The notes under the pieces were generated by a model. It was not told where the DNA came from. It made no database searches and was given only the letters and a program-made list of their open reading frames with translations. A stretch of DNA of 63,436 nt, filler included, from Octopus bimaculoides (Eukaryota), in NCBI RefSeq assembly GCF_001194135.2. It is 8 parts of 7 records of this genome, joined end to end, with 100 filler letters (N's around TTAATTAATTAA, not from the genome) between each part and the next. Parts side by side here need not be neighbours in the genome. Positions count along the whole stretch, not along the records: positions 35,046 to 55,638 come from NC_068981.1; positions 55,739 to 60,012 come from NC_068991.1; positions 60,113 to 63,436 come from NW_026313906.1; 5 more parts are not named here. One strand, given 5' to 3'. Both the position numbers and the translations under genes were made by a program. Positions 50,181-63,436 of the stretch are shown one piece after another (position 1 is the first letter of the stretch; every line of letters begins with the position of its first letter).

Positions 50181-51050
50181 GATCTACATTATTATTATTA
50201 TTACTTTAATGTATCGCTACGTGCGTTTCCACAAATCATGTTTTTTTTTTTTTGTGACCATAGTCCGTATACCAGGGATGATTACAGTCCAATCTGTAAT
50301 ATCTCTGGACATAAGGTGAATCTTTGCTCATGCGTTCATTTCTTCAAACAAAATGACACTAAAGTTGGAGTAACGAATGTTGAACATCCATTAACCATGC
50401 GGTTGGGAAGCAAACTTCTTACCACACAGCCACGCCTGCACCATTTTACATGAGCATCAAGAAATTTGATAAAAGTTAAATCAATATTATCGCATGTATG
50501 TCATAACGCCTTATATTACCCATGGTGGCGAAATGTTTACTTCCAAAGTTATTTGTTATATAACTGCAGTCATAAATACTTCTCAATTAATAAGTTGTTA
50601 TGATAATTGCTCTTCATACGTTTAATACTTGAAATTAAAAACTCATTAATGAAGATTAAATGTAAATATTACATAACTGACGTGTTTTTAATTAATATTC
50701 ACTCGAAGGAAATGGCCTTGAATGGGTAAAATATAATATTAATTCCAAGTAAAGTAAAAAGAAGCATTAGTTTTAGTTTAAAAAAATGTATAAGCTTGTG
50801 GAAGTCTGGTTGCGTGGGACCAGAAGGACCCTATGTAATTCGGAGGTGTGTGAGAGAGAGATAGAGAGAGGGGGAGAGAGGGAGAGGCTGACAAAGAGAA
50901 AGACTCAGACAGACATAGAGATGCAGGTAATATGGCTACCACATCTTATTTTTGACCGACACACAGACATCCTAAATACCCTTGACCTCGATTCCTAACC
51001 TAGTCTTTACTCAGCGACCACAGTTTCTGATCTCATTCAATCATCTAAAT

Positions 51051-52535
51051 CAGTGGTTCCCAACCTGAGGTCCGCGGATCTCTGGTGGTCTGCAAAGGTA
51101 GTACTAGAGGTCCGTGAACTAAATTCAAAATTTCATATATATGTGGGGGATGGGGGGTAGTGGATCTTGCAGGCAAGAAGAGGATTCGATCCACCATAGC
51201 CAAATTTAAATTAACACTTCAACAGAACTTTTCTCACGGTGGAACAATAGTTTTTCTGAGACAGCAGTTTTACATTTGCCAGATTGCTTTAGCTAGGCCG
51301 AAATAATGTCTTCACCACTTGACCTATGTAAACTCTTCTATTTCACCAAAAGCTAGAATTAAAATAACGAGACCACCAACTAAATCTATTGTTCTCAACG
51401 ATATATCTATCCTTCTGGATAGTTATAAAAGCAAGAAACCCCAAGCAAAAATCAGTTAGTTGGCTCGTGACAACTCAATCAGTTAGTTAATGACTGATAA
51501 TTTGAGTTAGAGACAGCTACCATCAGTTACGGAGTGGAGCGCTAGAATTATGATCACAGGCAAGGCAGCTACTAAAGACAATGGTCAAAGAGGGGAATGA
51601 AATTTACTGTCAGCAGCTATGTGACATCTTCCCACGACCCTACAACTTTCACTAGCTCTAATTTTGTTCTCTTACAACATCATTCTATTGCTACCTGTGG
51701 ATTACTGCTAAGAAAACGTGTACACAAAACAATACAAGGAAAATCTACCACATCTAACTTTACTTCGCATGCTCTACGATTTTATCACCTGCCCGTCGAG
51801 GCAAGGTATATTCGATGTAACTGTAAATAAATATTTTCTTCACGACTTCAATCACTGTTCTTTCATCTTTACATAATTGCAATCAACAAAGAACCAATCC
51901 TTACAAACTGATTACGACTCCGACATCTCATATTATTGTTTACTAATTAATATCTTCCGTTACATATATATGTGTCTGACTGTTTATCTATCTACCTACC
52001 TACCTATCTACCATAGGCGCAGGCGTGGCTGTGTGGTAGGAAGCTTGCTTCACAGCCACATGGTTCCGGACTTAGTCCCACTGCGCGGCACCTTGAGCAA
52101 GTGTATTCTACTGTAGCCTCGGACCGACCAAAGCCTTGTGAGTGGATTTGGTTGACGGAAACAAAAAGAAGCCCGTCGTANNNNNNNNNNNNNNNNNNNN
52201 NNNNNNNNNNNNNNNNNNNNNNNNNNNNNNNNNNNNNNNNNNNNNNNNNNNNNNNNNNNNNNNNNNNNNNNNNNNNNNNNNNNNNNNNNNNNNNNNNNNN
52301 NNNNNNNNNNNNNNNNNNNNNNNNNNNNNNNNNNNNNNNNNNNNNNNNNNNNNNNNNNNNNNNNNNNNNNNCTCGTAATCTAGCGGTTCGGCAAAAGAGA
52401 TGGATAGAATAAGTACTAGGCTTGCAAAGAATAAGTCCTGGGGGTGAATTGTTCGACTAAAGGCTCCAGCATGACCACAGTCAAGTGACTGAAACAAGTA
52501 AAAGAATAAAACACACACACACACTCACATATATA

Positions 52536-52602
<67 letters not shown>

Positions 52603-52662
52603 GCACATATTAAAAGGGGTCCGTAGGAAAACTTATTTAAATACGAAGGTTGGGAACCACTG
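51051..52662. mobile_element. Non-autonomous hAT (Charlie-type) element containing a SINE
   Basis: TIRs cagtggttcccaacct / aggttgggaaccactg; 8-bp flanks atctaaat / gcctaaat (6/8 match). Confidence 0.75.
52016..52510 (+). mobile_element. tRNA-derived SINE with central (TA/CA)n (family A here; ~18 copies, e.g. 35046-35362, 56565-56970, 55434-55600)
   Basis: Head ggcgcaggcgtggctgtgtggt...ggttccgg, CORE-like gcaccttgagcaagtgt, tail tgactgaaacaagtaaaagaataaaa. Confidence 0.85.
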
Positions 52663-53903
52663 GCCTAAATATTGGTTTCAAATTTTGGTACAAGGCCAGC
52701 AATTTTGGCAGAGTGGTTAAGTCGATTACATCGACCCAGGTACTTAACTGGTACTTACTTTATCGACCCCGAAAGAATGAAAGGCACAGTCGACCTCGGC
52801 AGAATTTGAACCCAGAACGTAACGTATTTTGCCCGGTGCGCTAATGATTTTGCCAGCTCGCCGCTTTAAGGGTTACATACATTGGTTTCAACTTTTGGTA
52901 CAAGGCCTGCAAATTTAGGGGAGCGGGTAAGTTTATTACATCGACCCCAGTGTTCAAATGGTACTTATTTTATCGACTCCGAAAAGCTATTTAAAATAAT
53001 CGCAACTTAGTTACTTTCAATCACTGTATTCCGTCGGTTACGACGACGAGTGTTCCAGTTGATCCGATTGACGGAACAGCTTGCTCGTGAAATTAATATA
53101 CAAGTGGCTGAGCACTCCACGGATATGTGCATACTTGACGTAGTTCTCGGAGAGATTCAGCGTGACACAAAATGCGACAAGGCTGGCCCTTTGAATTACA
53201 GCTCAGCGGCGTGGACTGGAGCAACGAGAAATAAAGTATCATGTTCATGGACAACGCGCCGCCGAGAATGGAACTCACGATATAACGACCGTGTGCCGAT
53301 TACTCCTAACCACCAAGCTACGCCTACAAAGCCTTACGCCTTCACTTTCGATAACACAAATACAATCACTACACGAACGAAAGAAATATTTCTTCACCTT
53401 ACCTACTCTAATCATGAACAATATTTTATTCTTTCTATTCTAGACACAAGGCTCGAAATTTTTGGGGAGGGGGCCAGTCGATTAGATCGACCCCCAGTAC
53501 GCAACTGGTACTTAATTTATCGACCTCGAAAAGATGAAAGGCAAAGTCGACCTCAGTAGAGTTTAAACTCAGAGTGTAAAGACAGACGAAATACCGCTAA
53601 GCCTTTCGCCCGACGTGCTAACGTTTCTTATTTCTTTATTGCTCACAAGAGGCTATACACAGAAGGGACAAACAAGGACAGACAAAGGGATTAAGCCGAT
53701 TACATCGACCCCAGTGCGTAAATGGTACATAATTTATCGAGCCCCGAAAGGATGAAAGGCAAAGTCGACCTTGGCCGAATTTGAACTCAGAGCGTAAAGA
53801 CAGACGAAATATCACTAAGTATTTCGCCCGGCGTACTAACGTTTCTGCCAGTTCGCCGCCTTATGAACAATATTCTATTAAACCCATCAAAGTCGTTCTA
53901 AAC

Positions 53904-55214
53904 CAGTGGTCCCCAACCGGGTTTCATATGACCCTTAGGGGTCCAAACAAGATGTTGTTGTTAAAATTTTGTGTAATAAATTGCTTTTACTTTTACAATA
54001 TACAAAATATTTTGACATTTTTTTAAAACAATTCCTAATATTATTTAATTATAAAATTATAATGAGAATTTTTAAATATATACTTCAATAGATGGATAGG
54101 TTGTTGTTGTTGTTGAGCCACCTAATTTGACTCACTCAGAACACTGTTATTTCGTTTGGTAGTAAACCCGGATGACGAAAATATAAACAAGGCTGTAACG
54201 TTAAATACGTTTATTGTAGCCACACGTATATACACAACGGAGTGCTAAATGGAATTGTTGTTAGCACTCCGTCGCTTACGACGTCGAGGGTTCCAGTTGA
54301 TCCGATCAACGGAACAGCCTGCTCGTGAAATTAACGTGCAAGTGGCTGAGCACTCCACAGATACGTGTACCCTTAACGTAGTTCTAGGGGATATTCAGCG
54401 TGACACAGTGTGACAAGACTGGCCCTTTGAATTACAAGCACAACAGAAACAGGAATTAAGAGTGAGAGAAAGTTGTGGTGGAAGAGTACAGCAGGGTTCG
54501 CCACCACCTCCTGCCGGAGCCGCGTGGAGCATTAAGTGTTTTCTCTCAANNNNNNNNNNNNNNNNNNNNNNNNNNNNNNNNNNNNNNNNNNNNNNNNNNN
54601 NNNNNNNNNNNNNNNNNNNNNNNNNNNNNNNNNNNNNNNGGAGAGAGGGGGGAGAGGGGAGAGAGAGGGGAGAAAGAGGGGGGGGGGGAGCTAGTCAGGT
54701 TGCGCATTCGCAGCTCGCGTCCGGGTGCTGAAAGAGGTTGAAGTGAGTGTCTGAACCTTAATGTTGCGTAACGCCTTCTGTATGTCCAGCTTGTTTGAAT
54801 CCGCTGTCAAGCGGGGTAACTGCGCCTACACATCGAGCGGCTATGGAGACCTTGCAGAGTAAAATAGTGGGTGAAACGAGGGAGATAAAACAAAGTTAAC
54901 AATCAAAATATGTATTCTTTATTCCAACATAAGACCTTGGGAAAGGTTCTTCTTTGAAATAAAGAATACATATTTTGATTAACTTTGTTTTATTTCCTTC
55001 ATTTCAATCTTCTTGAAATAAATAGTAACAGGATTATCTTGGAAAAGAAAAGTTAATTAGAAACTGTTGAGTTGATATACTATCATGTCAGGCAGATCCT
55101 ACTACATCATAAATGCTTGCAGAGGCTTCCATATAAAATAGTGTAAAGGACACAGAAGAATCATATCAGTAGGGTCAAAGGTGTCCACAGCCCAAAAATG
55201 GTTGCGAACCAGTT
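53904..55214. mobile_element. Second non-autonomous hAT (Charlie-type) element
   Basis: cagtggtccccaacc ... ggttgcgaaccagtt; 8-bp flanks ttctaaac / ctctaaac (7/8 match). Contains a family C SINE and a 135-bp hairpin (54872-55006). Confidence 0.6.
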
Positions 55215-55740
55215 CTCTAAACGATTGACTTTACAGTCTTGAATGATTTCCCAACGCGTTCAGGCTGATTTCTTTTGTGTTGGGGTGGGATGTTTATTGC
55301 TTAATCAGATCTCATCAATCTGGGAAAATCACGAGCACCATCCATTCCTTTTCATACAAGCTCATAAAGCAACTAAATTCTTCCTGATTGGTATTTTGCA
55401 AAACATTATAGAAAAAGGTTACAGTAAGGTTATAGGCGCAGGAGTGGTTGTGTGGTAAGTAGCTTGCTTACCAACCACATGGTTCCAGGTTCAGTCCCAC
55501 TGCGTGGCACCTTAGGCAAGTGTCTTCTACTATAGCCCTAGGTCAACTAAACCCTTGTGAGTGGATTTGGTAGACGGAAACTGAAAGCAGCCCGTCGTGT
55601 ATGTATGTATGTATGTATATATATATATATATATATATNNNNNNNNNNNNNNNNNNNNNNNNNNNNNNNNNNNNNNNNNNNNTTAATTAATTAANNNNNN
55701 NNNNNNNNNNNNNNNNNNNNNNNNNNNNNNNNNNNNNNCT

Positions 55741-56025
55741 CCCACAAATACTCACTTTTATGTAGGATCTTCCTCTACACCATTATCCACTAGAATTTCT
55801 AACCATTTTTCATCCTTTAGAGATAGAAGCAAACGTAATACCACGAGCCTTAGCAAACTAATTTGGGATCTTAAAGATAATAACATTAAATTTAAACTAG
55901 ACTGGCTTATTCTTTCTATTTCTAAGCCATATGAAAAGGGTGGAAAATTTTGCCATCTTTGTGTTACAGAACTCCTCTTTATTTTATTTTCAAAGAATAA
56001 TCTGGTAAATACTTTCATAGAACAT
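55741..56025 (+). mobile_element. Penelope-like GIY-YIG endonuclease remnant
   Basis: FYVGSSSTPLSTRISNHFSSF...LSKLIWDLK...WLIL...PYEKGGKFCHLCVTE matches the PLE endonuclease pattern YxG...NH...LSKxIWxLK...CxLCxxE. Confidence 0.75.
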
Positions 56026-56507
56026 TATTACAGATGTAAACACTGGCAAAAACATACATTTTCAGCATTTAAACAACAGTCACTGTTTTTATAAAACGCT
56101 ATCATATTTACCCGTAATAAGTAAATTCTTCAAATAGTTCTAATAAAACATATTATTATTTCCCTCAAAGGTTAGAAGATTAAAATTATTTACGATTCAA
56201 ATTATTTTTCTAAACTTTCGTGATTTATCAACCTAAATTAGAGCATATTTTAAATCTTGATAAACTCTTGTAACAACCANNNNNNNNNNNNNNNNNNNNN
56301 NNNNNNNNNNNNNNNNNNNNNNNNNNNNNNNNNNNNNNNNNNNNNNNNNNNNNNNNNNNNNNNNNNNNNNNNNNNNNNNATTTGCGTGACACTGGAATCT
56401 GCCACAACTGCGATTTTGCTCAGCTTGATGGTTCTTCTTCTCAAGCATGACATAATGCCAAAGATCTCGGTCATTGCTTGTGTGTATATATATATGTGTG
56501 TGTGTGT

Positions 56508-56545
<38 letters not shown>

Positions 56546-57497
56546 ATATATACACTTATGTATTTTCTTTTACTTGTTTTAGCCATTTTACTGTGGCCAT
56601 GCTGGTGTACCACCTTAGAGGGTTTTAGTTGAAGAAATCAATCCCAGGACTTGTTCTTTTGTAAGCCTAGTACTACTTCTATCGGTCTCTTTTGCCGAAC
56701 CACTAAGTTTCGGGGGCGTAAACATATCAGCATCAGTTGTCAAGCGATGGTTCGGTAACAAACACAGACACACACACACAAATATATACATATATAAATG
56801 TACACACACACACACACGACGGGCTTCTTTCGGTTTCCATCTACCAAATCCACTCACAAGGCTTTGGTCGGCCCCAGGCTATAGTAGAAGACACTTGGCC
56901 AAGGTGCCACGCAGTGGGACTGAACCCGGAACCATGTGGTTGGTAAGCAAGCTACTTACTACACCGCCACTGTGTTTGTCCCTATTACCGCATGACAACC
57001 GGTACAATAAGTATCAAGCTTTTAAAAAAATAAGTGCTGGGGTCGATTCATATGGCTAGAAATTCTTCAAGGCAAGCTTCTTTTAGTTTCCATTGACCAA
57101 ATCCACTCACAAGGCTTTGGTCGGCTCGAGGCTAAAGTAGACGATACTCGTCCAAGGTGCCGTGCTGTGGTACTGAACCCAGAACCATGTATCAAAGCCA
57201 TGTGTCAGTTAAATACGTTTTATATTTGTTTTAATTTTATTACTTTTAAAATATTTAATTTTAGATCTTTTTAAGTTTTTACTTTTGGCAAAACTGTTAT
57301 CTAATAAACAAATTTCTTTCTTATTTTGCGACTCATTTAAACGACCAATGAACATTTCGCATTCAAAGTACACTGACCTTTGCCTTACTGTTAGCGATAA
57401 GCGCTATTATTTAATATGACTTGTTTGTAATGATTCTGATAACATTTACGTAGAAGTTGTGGAAGGATATATGTGAACATAGAGTGAGCAGCTTATA

Positions 57498-57551
<54 letters not shown>

Positions 57552-60500
57552 TTATTTATACACCGAAAAATCTTGGTATTTCAAGTGAGTTTAAATATTT
57601 AGCAATCCTTTACTTTCATCTCTGTGGTTACACAGACACGCCCGTGCTCACACAGACGCTCGTAGTTGATATCAATTTTAGATATGCGTGTCTGTTTTCA
57701 GTCTCTCTCTGTCCCCTCTTTCTCTCTCGCTCTTCAGTACTGGTCCAGAGCAGGGGTTCACAGCCATTTTGTTTTACCTATGGACCTCTATGATTACTAT
57801 ATTACTCTGGTGGTTCCCCATAGCCATTCGATGTTTAAAAACTAGTTTTATAGATGCTTCTTTCAAAATTCTTATTTCGTTTTACACACATTAATTTGAG
57901 TAGGTTGAATTATGTAAAATGTCAGAAAAAAAAATCCTTGCTGTTTCTTGCAATACATATCAATACATACATCTAAAGCGAAAGTTTTTCAGGATAGATA
58001 GATAGATACATACATACATACATACATACATACATACATACATACATACATACATACATACATCTGTCAAACTGGAAGTCAACTTTTTTATCTATTTGTT
58101 CGGCGATTTTTGTAAAAATTTTTTATTTCTTAATAGGTTTTTCAGGGGCTGTGAAAACCGACATTTGCCTTTTATGTCCAGGATCGAGCTGAACACGTTT
58201 TCCCACAAGCACGCACACACACATACACACACACACACGTACATCCATTGTCTTGTCCATGAGCTGAACTGTCAAACGCGCGCGCGCATGGACACACTGA
58301 CATACGCACATATATATATACATACACAAATGTACATACATAGTTCATTTTTCACGAATTGCTTATGCCTATGTATTTTTTGTGCATATATGCATGTATT
58401 TATGTGTATGTACGCTTGTATATTTGTGTATGTATGTATGTATGTATGTATGTATGTATGTATTTACGTATGTCTATATGTATGTATATTGGTCTCTGTG
58501 AGTACGTATGTAAAATATCTATTTTTGTGTATGTTTGTGTGTATGTATGTACGTACGTATGTACATATGTATGTACATGCTTGCATGCATGTATGTATGT
58601 GTGTATGTATGTGCGCGTGCGTATATATGTTTCTCTTCTGTTTTTAATTATTTAAATTCTTCCCTTGAGGAAGCAGCTGCTTTCTTACAAAGATACAAAG
58701 TTCCATCGTAGATAACGAAAACAATATCACATTTTAAACTTGAGAAGGCTTGCATACTCGTAATATACGAGTTTGTTATGCATGTATGTGCATGTAGCTA
58801 GGGTTTGTTCTTACCTGTTTGATCTGTGTACGTAAAATCCAAGGTCAACACTCATTTCTGTGTTTTAAAGTATTTGAAGTTTACTTCGGAGAATTATGTT
58901 TTTTCTTTTCCTGTTTCTTGAAAAATTTCATTCACGCATACAAGCCAGCTAAAATACAGAGTAAATATATAACACCACAGACAATCTGTTTTCTAATTAT
59001 CTATCTATTAGAATTTAATTGGTCACGTATTTATCTATCTATTAGAATTTAATTGGCAACAGGAAATGTTTTTATGAATTTCATAAAATTCATCATAATT
59101 CATCATAAAATTCATCAGTTATTATCCTGTTTAATTTATCATACAATTTACTATATAAAATTTATAAATTTTATAAAATGCATTAGTTAGTTCAAAAGAT
59201 CTTGTTTAATTTAGTTTTAAATTAATTGAAATGATTTTATATTTATGTATTTCGCATTTTCTTTAATCAATAGCAAAGTAATTTCCATTTCTTCCTTTTC
59301 TCCATGCATGTTGTAATATTTCCAAGAAATGAAAAGACTGTTTTACAATTTTGTGTCTTATAATTCTTTTCGTATTTAATACTGGTTAATGTGATTTCTT
59401 CCTACTACTTTTCACTTTTGTTTAGCATTCTTTAGTGCCCTTTGAACTACAACTATTGTAGTTTGAAAAAAAAACCAAAAAAAAAAACCCCAGAATCAAA
59501 GCAAAAATTGCAACCAGATAAAATTAACAATATTTTATTTCAAACAAAATATAAAAATAAGCTGTCCGCTATCATTAATATGTATTCGACGTCGATCCCG
59601 TTTTCTTCTCGGAAATTAACTTCGACTTTTTTAAAACACTGAAGTGCATGTTAACACCCATTTTTTTCTTTTGCACTAGGCTCTCAAAAAACAATGGGAG
59701 ACGCCTTTTCGGTAAAAAGAAGAAAAAAAAAGTGAAATTTTAAAAATCCACTCATCCACTCCGAGGCCAATTTTTGTTTTTGCATTATGCACTTCTGGAA
59801 TAGAGAAGCCTTGAAGGTTAAAAAAAAAAAAAAAAGAGAAATCGGCGTTCACCATTACAATCCCACTTCCTTCATTTTCAATCAGAAAATGAACCATAAT
59901 TTAAATACATTACTAAAATCTTTTTGATTTTCTCATTAATACCGTCCCAAAATCCTAAAACTGTGACTTGTTTGCGAATTATTTATTTTTAATCATAGTT
60001 TTAAAATACAGANNNNNNNNNNNNNNNNNNNNNNNNNNNNNNNNNNNNNNNNNNNNTTAATTAATTAANNNNNNNNNNNNNNNNNNNNNNNNNNNNNNNN
60101 NNNNNNNNNNNNCTCATGCACACTCTCCCACCTCTCTCTCTCTCTCCTACTCTCTCTCCTACTCCCTCTCCTCCTTCCTTTCTCTTACTGAGAACTGAGG
60201 AGTAAAATTACAACTATTACTTCAATATTGAGACCTTTACTAGTTTAGCCACACCCATCACAATCTATGAATTTGTATCCAATGACATGGGGAAATCCTG
60301 GTGACACTCTGCTGTCAATCATAAAGTTCCTTCGTTTAGCCACTCCCACCAGTCTTGCTTACAACCAAAAACTTATCAAACCATAAAACCAACACACATA
60401 CACACACACATTACATATATCTATATATATACATTACACATAATCACACAAACACATGATCACATATACACACATATCTTTTATGTGTGTGTATATAAAT

Positions 60501-60616
60501 ACATATAAACACACATATACATTACATATAACCACACACATACACAACACACACACACATACATTATACTACCTTGCAGTGTTCCTAATAAGAAGAAATA
60601 AGATTTGAGAGAAAAC

Positions 60617-60671
60617 ATGTCGGCTCAAGGTTTACATTGGTTTGTCATACCTTTATGTCTTCTAATATCAG
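60617..60671 (+). CDS. Ly6/uPAR/Quiver-like protein exon 1 (signal peptide MSAQGLHWFVIPLCLLIS)
   Basis: ATG, 18 mostly hydrophobic codons, phase-1 donor g|gtaaga. Joins in frame to the exon at 62117. Confidence 0.8.
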
Positions 60672-61653
60672 GTAAGAAACTTTGTAAATATCTCTCAAGT
60701 AATAATTATTTCTTTTGGATTATGTGAGAATATATTTGAATCAGAATTCATGTTTGTTCGTTTAGTCTTTATCGATTTAGTCTACNNNNNNNNNNNNNNN
60801 NNNNNNNNNNNNNNNNNNNNNNNNNNNNNNNNNNNNNNNNNNNNNNNNNNNNNNNNNNNNNNNNNNNNNNNNNNNNNNNNNNNNNNNNNNNNNNNNNNNN
60901 NNNNNNNNNNNNNNNNNNNNNNNNNNNNNNNNNNNNNNNNNNNNNNNNNNNNNNNNNNNNNNNNNNNNNNNNNNNNNNNNNNNNNNNNNNNNNNNNNNNN
61001 NNNNNNNCCTTATGTCTCTCTGTCTACCACAGCCAGACATTCCTTGTCTCTGTTGAATACATCGTCTCTCTAAATATCTGTCTGCCTGTCTATCTGTTTG
61101 TCTGGCTGTCAGTTTGTCTGTCTCACTCTGTCTGTCTGTCTGTCTTTTTCTGACCCCCCTCTCTCTCTCTGACACCCACAGCCTATCTTTCTGTCTGCCT
61201 CCATCTCTAATTGCCTCTCTGTCTCATCAGTCTCTATGTCCATCTCTCTATTTATCAGCCTCTTCCTGTTTCTCTCTATCTGCCTAACCCTGCTGTTGTT
61301 TTTGTTGTTTAGTTCCTCATTAGCCTTCACTGAGCAGACATAAGATCAAATGGCTTTAAGCTAGGTTGGCATTAGGAAGGGAATCCAACCGTAGAAACTA
61401 TGGCAAGTCAGATTGGAACCTGGTGCAGCTCTCCAGCTTACCAGTTCCAGTTAAACCATTAAACCCATGTCAACATCGGAAGCAGATGCTAAATGATGAT
61501 GATGATGATGGTAGTGTTTATTTTGTAACCACGGGGTTTCAGGTTCAGTCTGAGTGCATGACACCTTGGTTAAGTGTCTTTTCGTATTGTCTGCCTCAGT
61601 CTGATCAACAGCTTGTGAGTGGATTTGGTAGTTGGAAACTGTAACGAAGCCAG

Positions 61654-61696
<43 letters not shown>

Positions 61697-62116
61697 AGCA
61701 TGAAGTTGTCATTTCTACCTCTTGGCATGAACCCCACCCCACTCACATGCACACACACACACACGCATGCATACACACACATACAGACACACACACACAA
61801 ACATACACACAAGCACGCGTGCACAAACACACACACACACCAAAGAAAGACAAAAAAAACAGGACATTGTTGTCGTGCTTACATTTCCAGTGAATAATAT
61901 TGTCGTTCTGCAACAGTCTCACAGTTTTGAGAAACACCACCACCACCACCACCTCCACCAACACTCATCACCATCACCACCAACATCACTTCTATTCTCC
62001 CCACTACCCACTGCTGCTACTCCCCATCACCACCACTAACCCTACTTCCCTACCAAACTACTATTACTACTACCACTACCACTACTTCTGAAAAGTTAAT
62101 GTCACTTCCATTGCAG

Positions 62117-62293
62117 TTTTGAGTGTTACCAGCCTACAATGTTTTCAGTGTTCCAGCTCAGCTCCTGGTTCCAAATGTGAAACGGGCGTCAAGGAATTTG
62201 CCAAGTACAATCATTCTAAATTTGCACAAAACTGTTCTCACTTCAATTTTAAAGGCAAAGTTTTCTGTGCCATTGAAACCAAATATATCAATG
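62117..62293 (+). CDS. Ly6/uPAR/Quiver-like three-finger protein exon 2
   Basis: Acceptor cacttccattgcag, donor g|gtaaga, phase 1-1. Translates VLSVTSLQCFQCSSSAPGSKCETGVKEFAKYNHSKFAQNCSHFNFKGKVFCAIETKYIN. LxCxxC directly after the signal peptide is typical of LU/Quiver domains. Confidence 0.85.
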
Positions 62294-62782
62294 GTAAGAA
62301 AGATTTCTTTTTTTCAAGCCTGTTTGTTGCTGTTGTTGTTGTTGTTGTTAGGTAAGAGAGCAATGTATGCCATCAAGGGGAATCTGGAGTACAAATATCT
62401 GAAGCCCAATATACCCACCATGACTGATAAGGGTACACCAGGCACATGCATCACAACCATGTGTGTGCGACATGGTGATCTCATATCAAGATAAAAAGTG
62501 CATAACGTTGAAGGTGGGGCCCAGTCAGAATTTTTTTCAGTTTGAGTAGCCCATCCTGCTCAAAAGGTCTTTGAATAAGGGTTGTTTAAGGATGATGAAC
62601 AAAACACCTATGAATTATCCAAAGGTGAATTATCCAAACTCCAAAGAATTCTTCTCAACATATGACTATGATGCACCCTCATTTAAAGTAATAATTGTGG
62701 ACAAACAATTCCTTGTAATTAACAAAAATTATAATTAACTTTTCAACACTTTTAAAACATTCTTCTTTTTTTTATCTCTTAG

Positions 62783-62879
62783 GTAAGAGTTCATATTTGA
62801 TTAGGGAATGTTCAGATGGAGAAACTTTCACCTTCAATAGGAACTTGGATAATTTCCAGAAATTAAAATACCTTAATCC
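62783..62879 (+). CDS. Ly6/uPAR/Quiver-like exon 3 (partial, runs into N gap)
   Basis: Acceptor ttttttttatctcttag. In-frame GKSSYLIRECSDGETFTFNRNLDNFQKLKYLNP; IRxC fits the LU fold. The 3' end lies in gap 62880-63040. Confidence 0.75.
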
Positions 62880-63436
62880 NNNNNNNNNNNNNNNNNNNNN
62901 NNNNNNNNNNNNNNNNNNNNNNNNNNNNNNNNNNNNNNNNNNNNNNNNNNNNNNNNNNNNNNNNNNNNNNNNNNNNNNNNNNNNNNNNNNNNNNNNNNNN
63001 NNNNNNNNNNNNNNNNNNNNNNNNNNNNNNNNNNNNNNNNAAACCATGTCTTATTCCAACATCTTAGTTTTGGCATGTTTCTATGGCTACATGACCGACT
63101 TAACACTGAAAATTATACATATATACATACATACATATGTACTCATACACATTTACATAGATGTTTATATATGTGTCGATACATATACATGTTTGTCAAC
63201 TGGTAATCTCTTAACCAAAAAGTTAACTTCCTAACGCCAACCACTCCGAGAGTGTAGTGGGTGCTTTTACGTGCCACCGGCACAAAGGCCAGTCAGGCGG
63301 TGGCTGGCAAAAATGAGAAGTACCCAGATTTCAAAGGGCCAGCCATGTCACACTCTGGGTCTTGCTGAATCTCCCTGAGAACTATATTAAGGGTACACAT
63401 GTCTGTGGAGAGCTCAGCCACTTGCATGTTAATTTC

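Overview
AT-rich, repeat-dense eukaryotic genomic DNA from a draft assembly, with sized N gaps and 100-bp N44-TTAATTAATTAA-N44 placeholders. The repeat landscape suggests a coleoid cephalopod, probably Octopus (inference). Parts of three spliced genes are supported. (1) Seven phase-consistent + strand exons (22044-34501) encode a voltage-sensing phosphatase (VSP/TPTE), from S4 through the phosphatase domain to the start of C2. It has the HCKGGKGRTG active site and Gln at the gating-loop position that is Glu411 in Ciona VSP. (2) Coding exon 1 of a uridine-cytidine kinase lies on the - strand (46049-46156). (3) Three + strand exons (60617-62879) encode a secreted Ly6/uPAR/Quiver-like three-finger protein. 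The rest is decayed mobile DNA: a Ty3/gypsy element with a nested Helitron, Tc1/mariner, hAT, a piggyBac-like MITE, RTE and R4/Dong-like LINE ends, Penelope-like fragments, several tRNA-derived SINE families, microsatellites and a 29-bp minisatellite. At least five hammerhead-ribozyme-like motifs from different Penelope-type families are present, including an A6U core variant seen twice. All calls come from reading the sequence; no searches were run.
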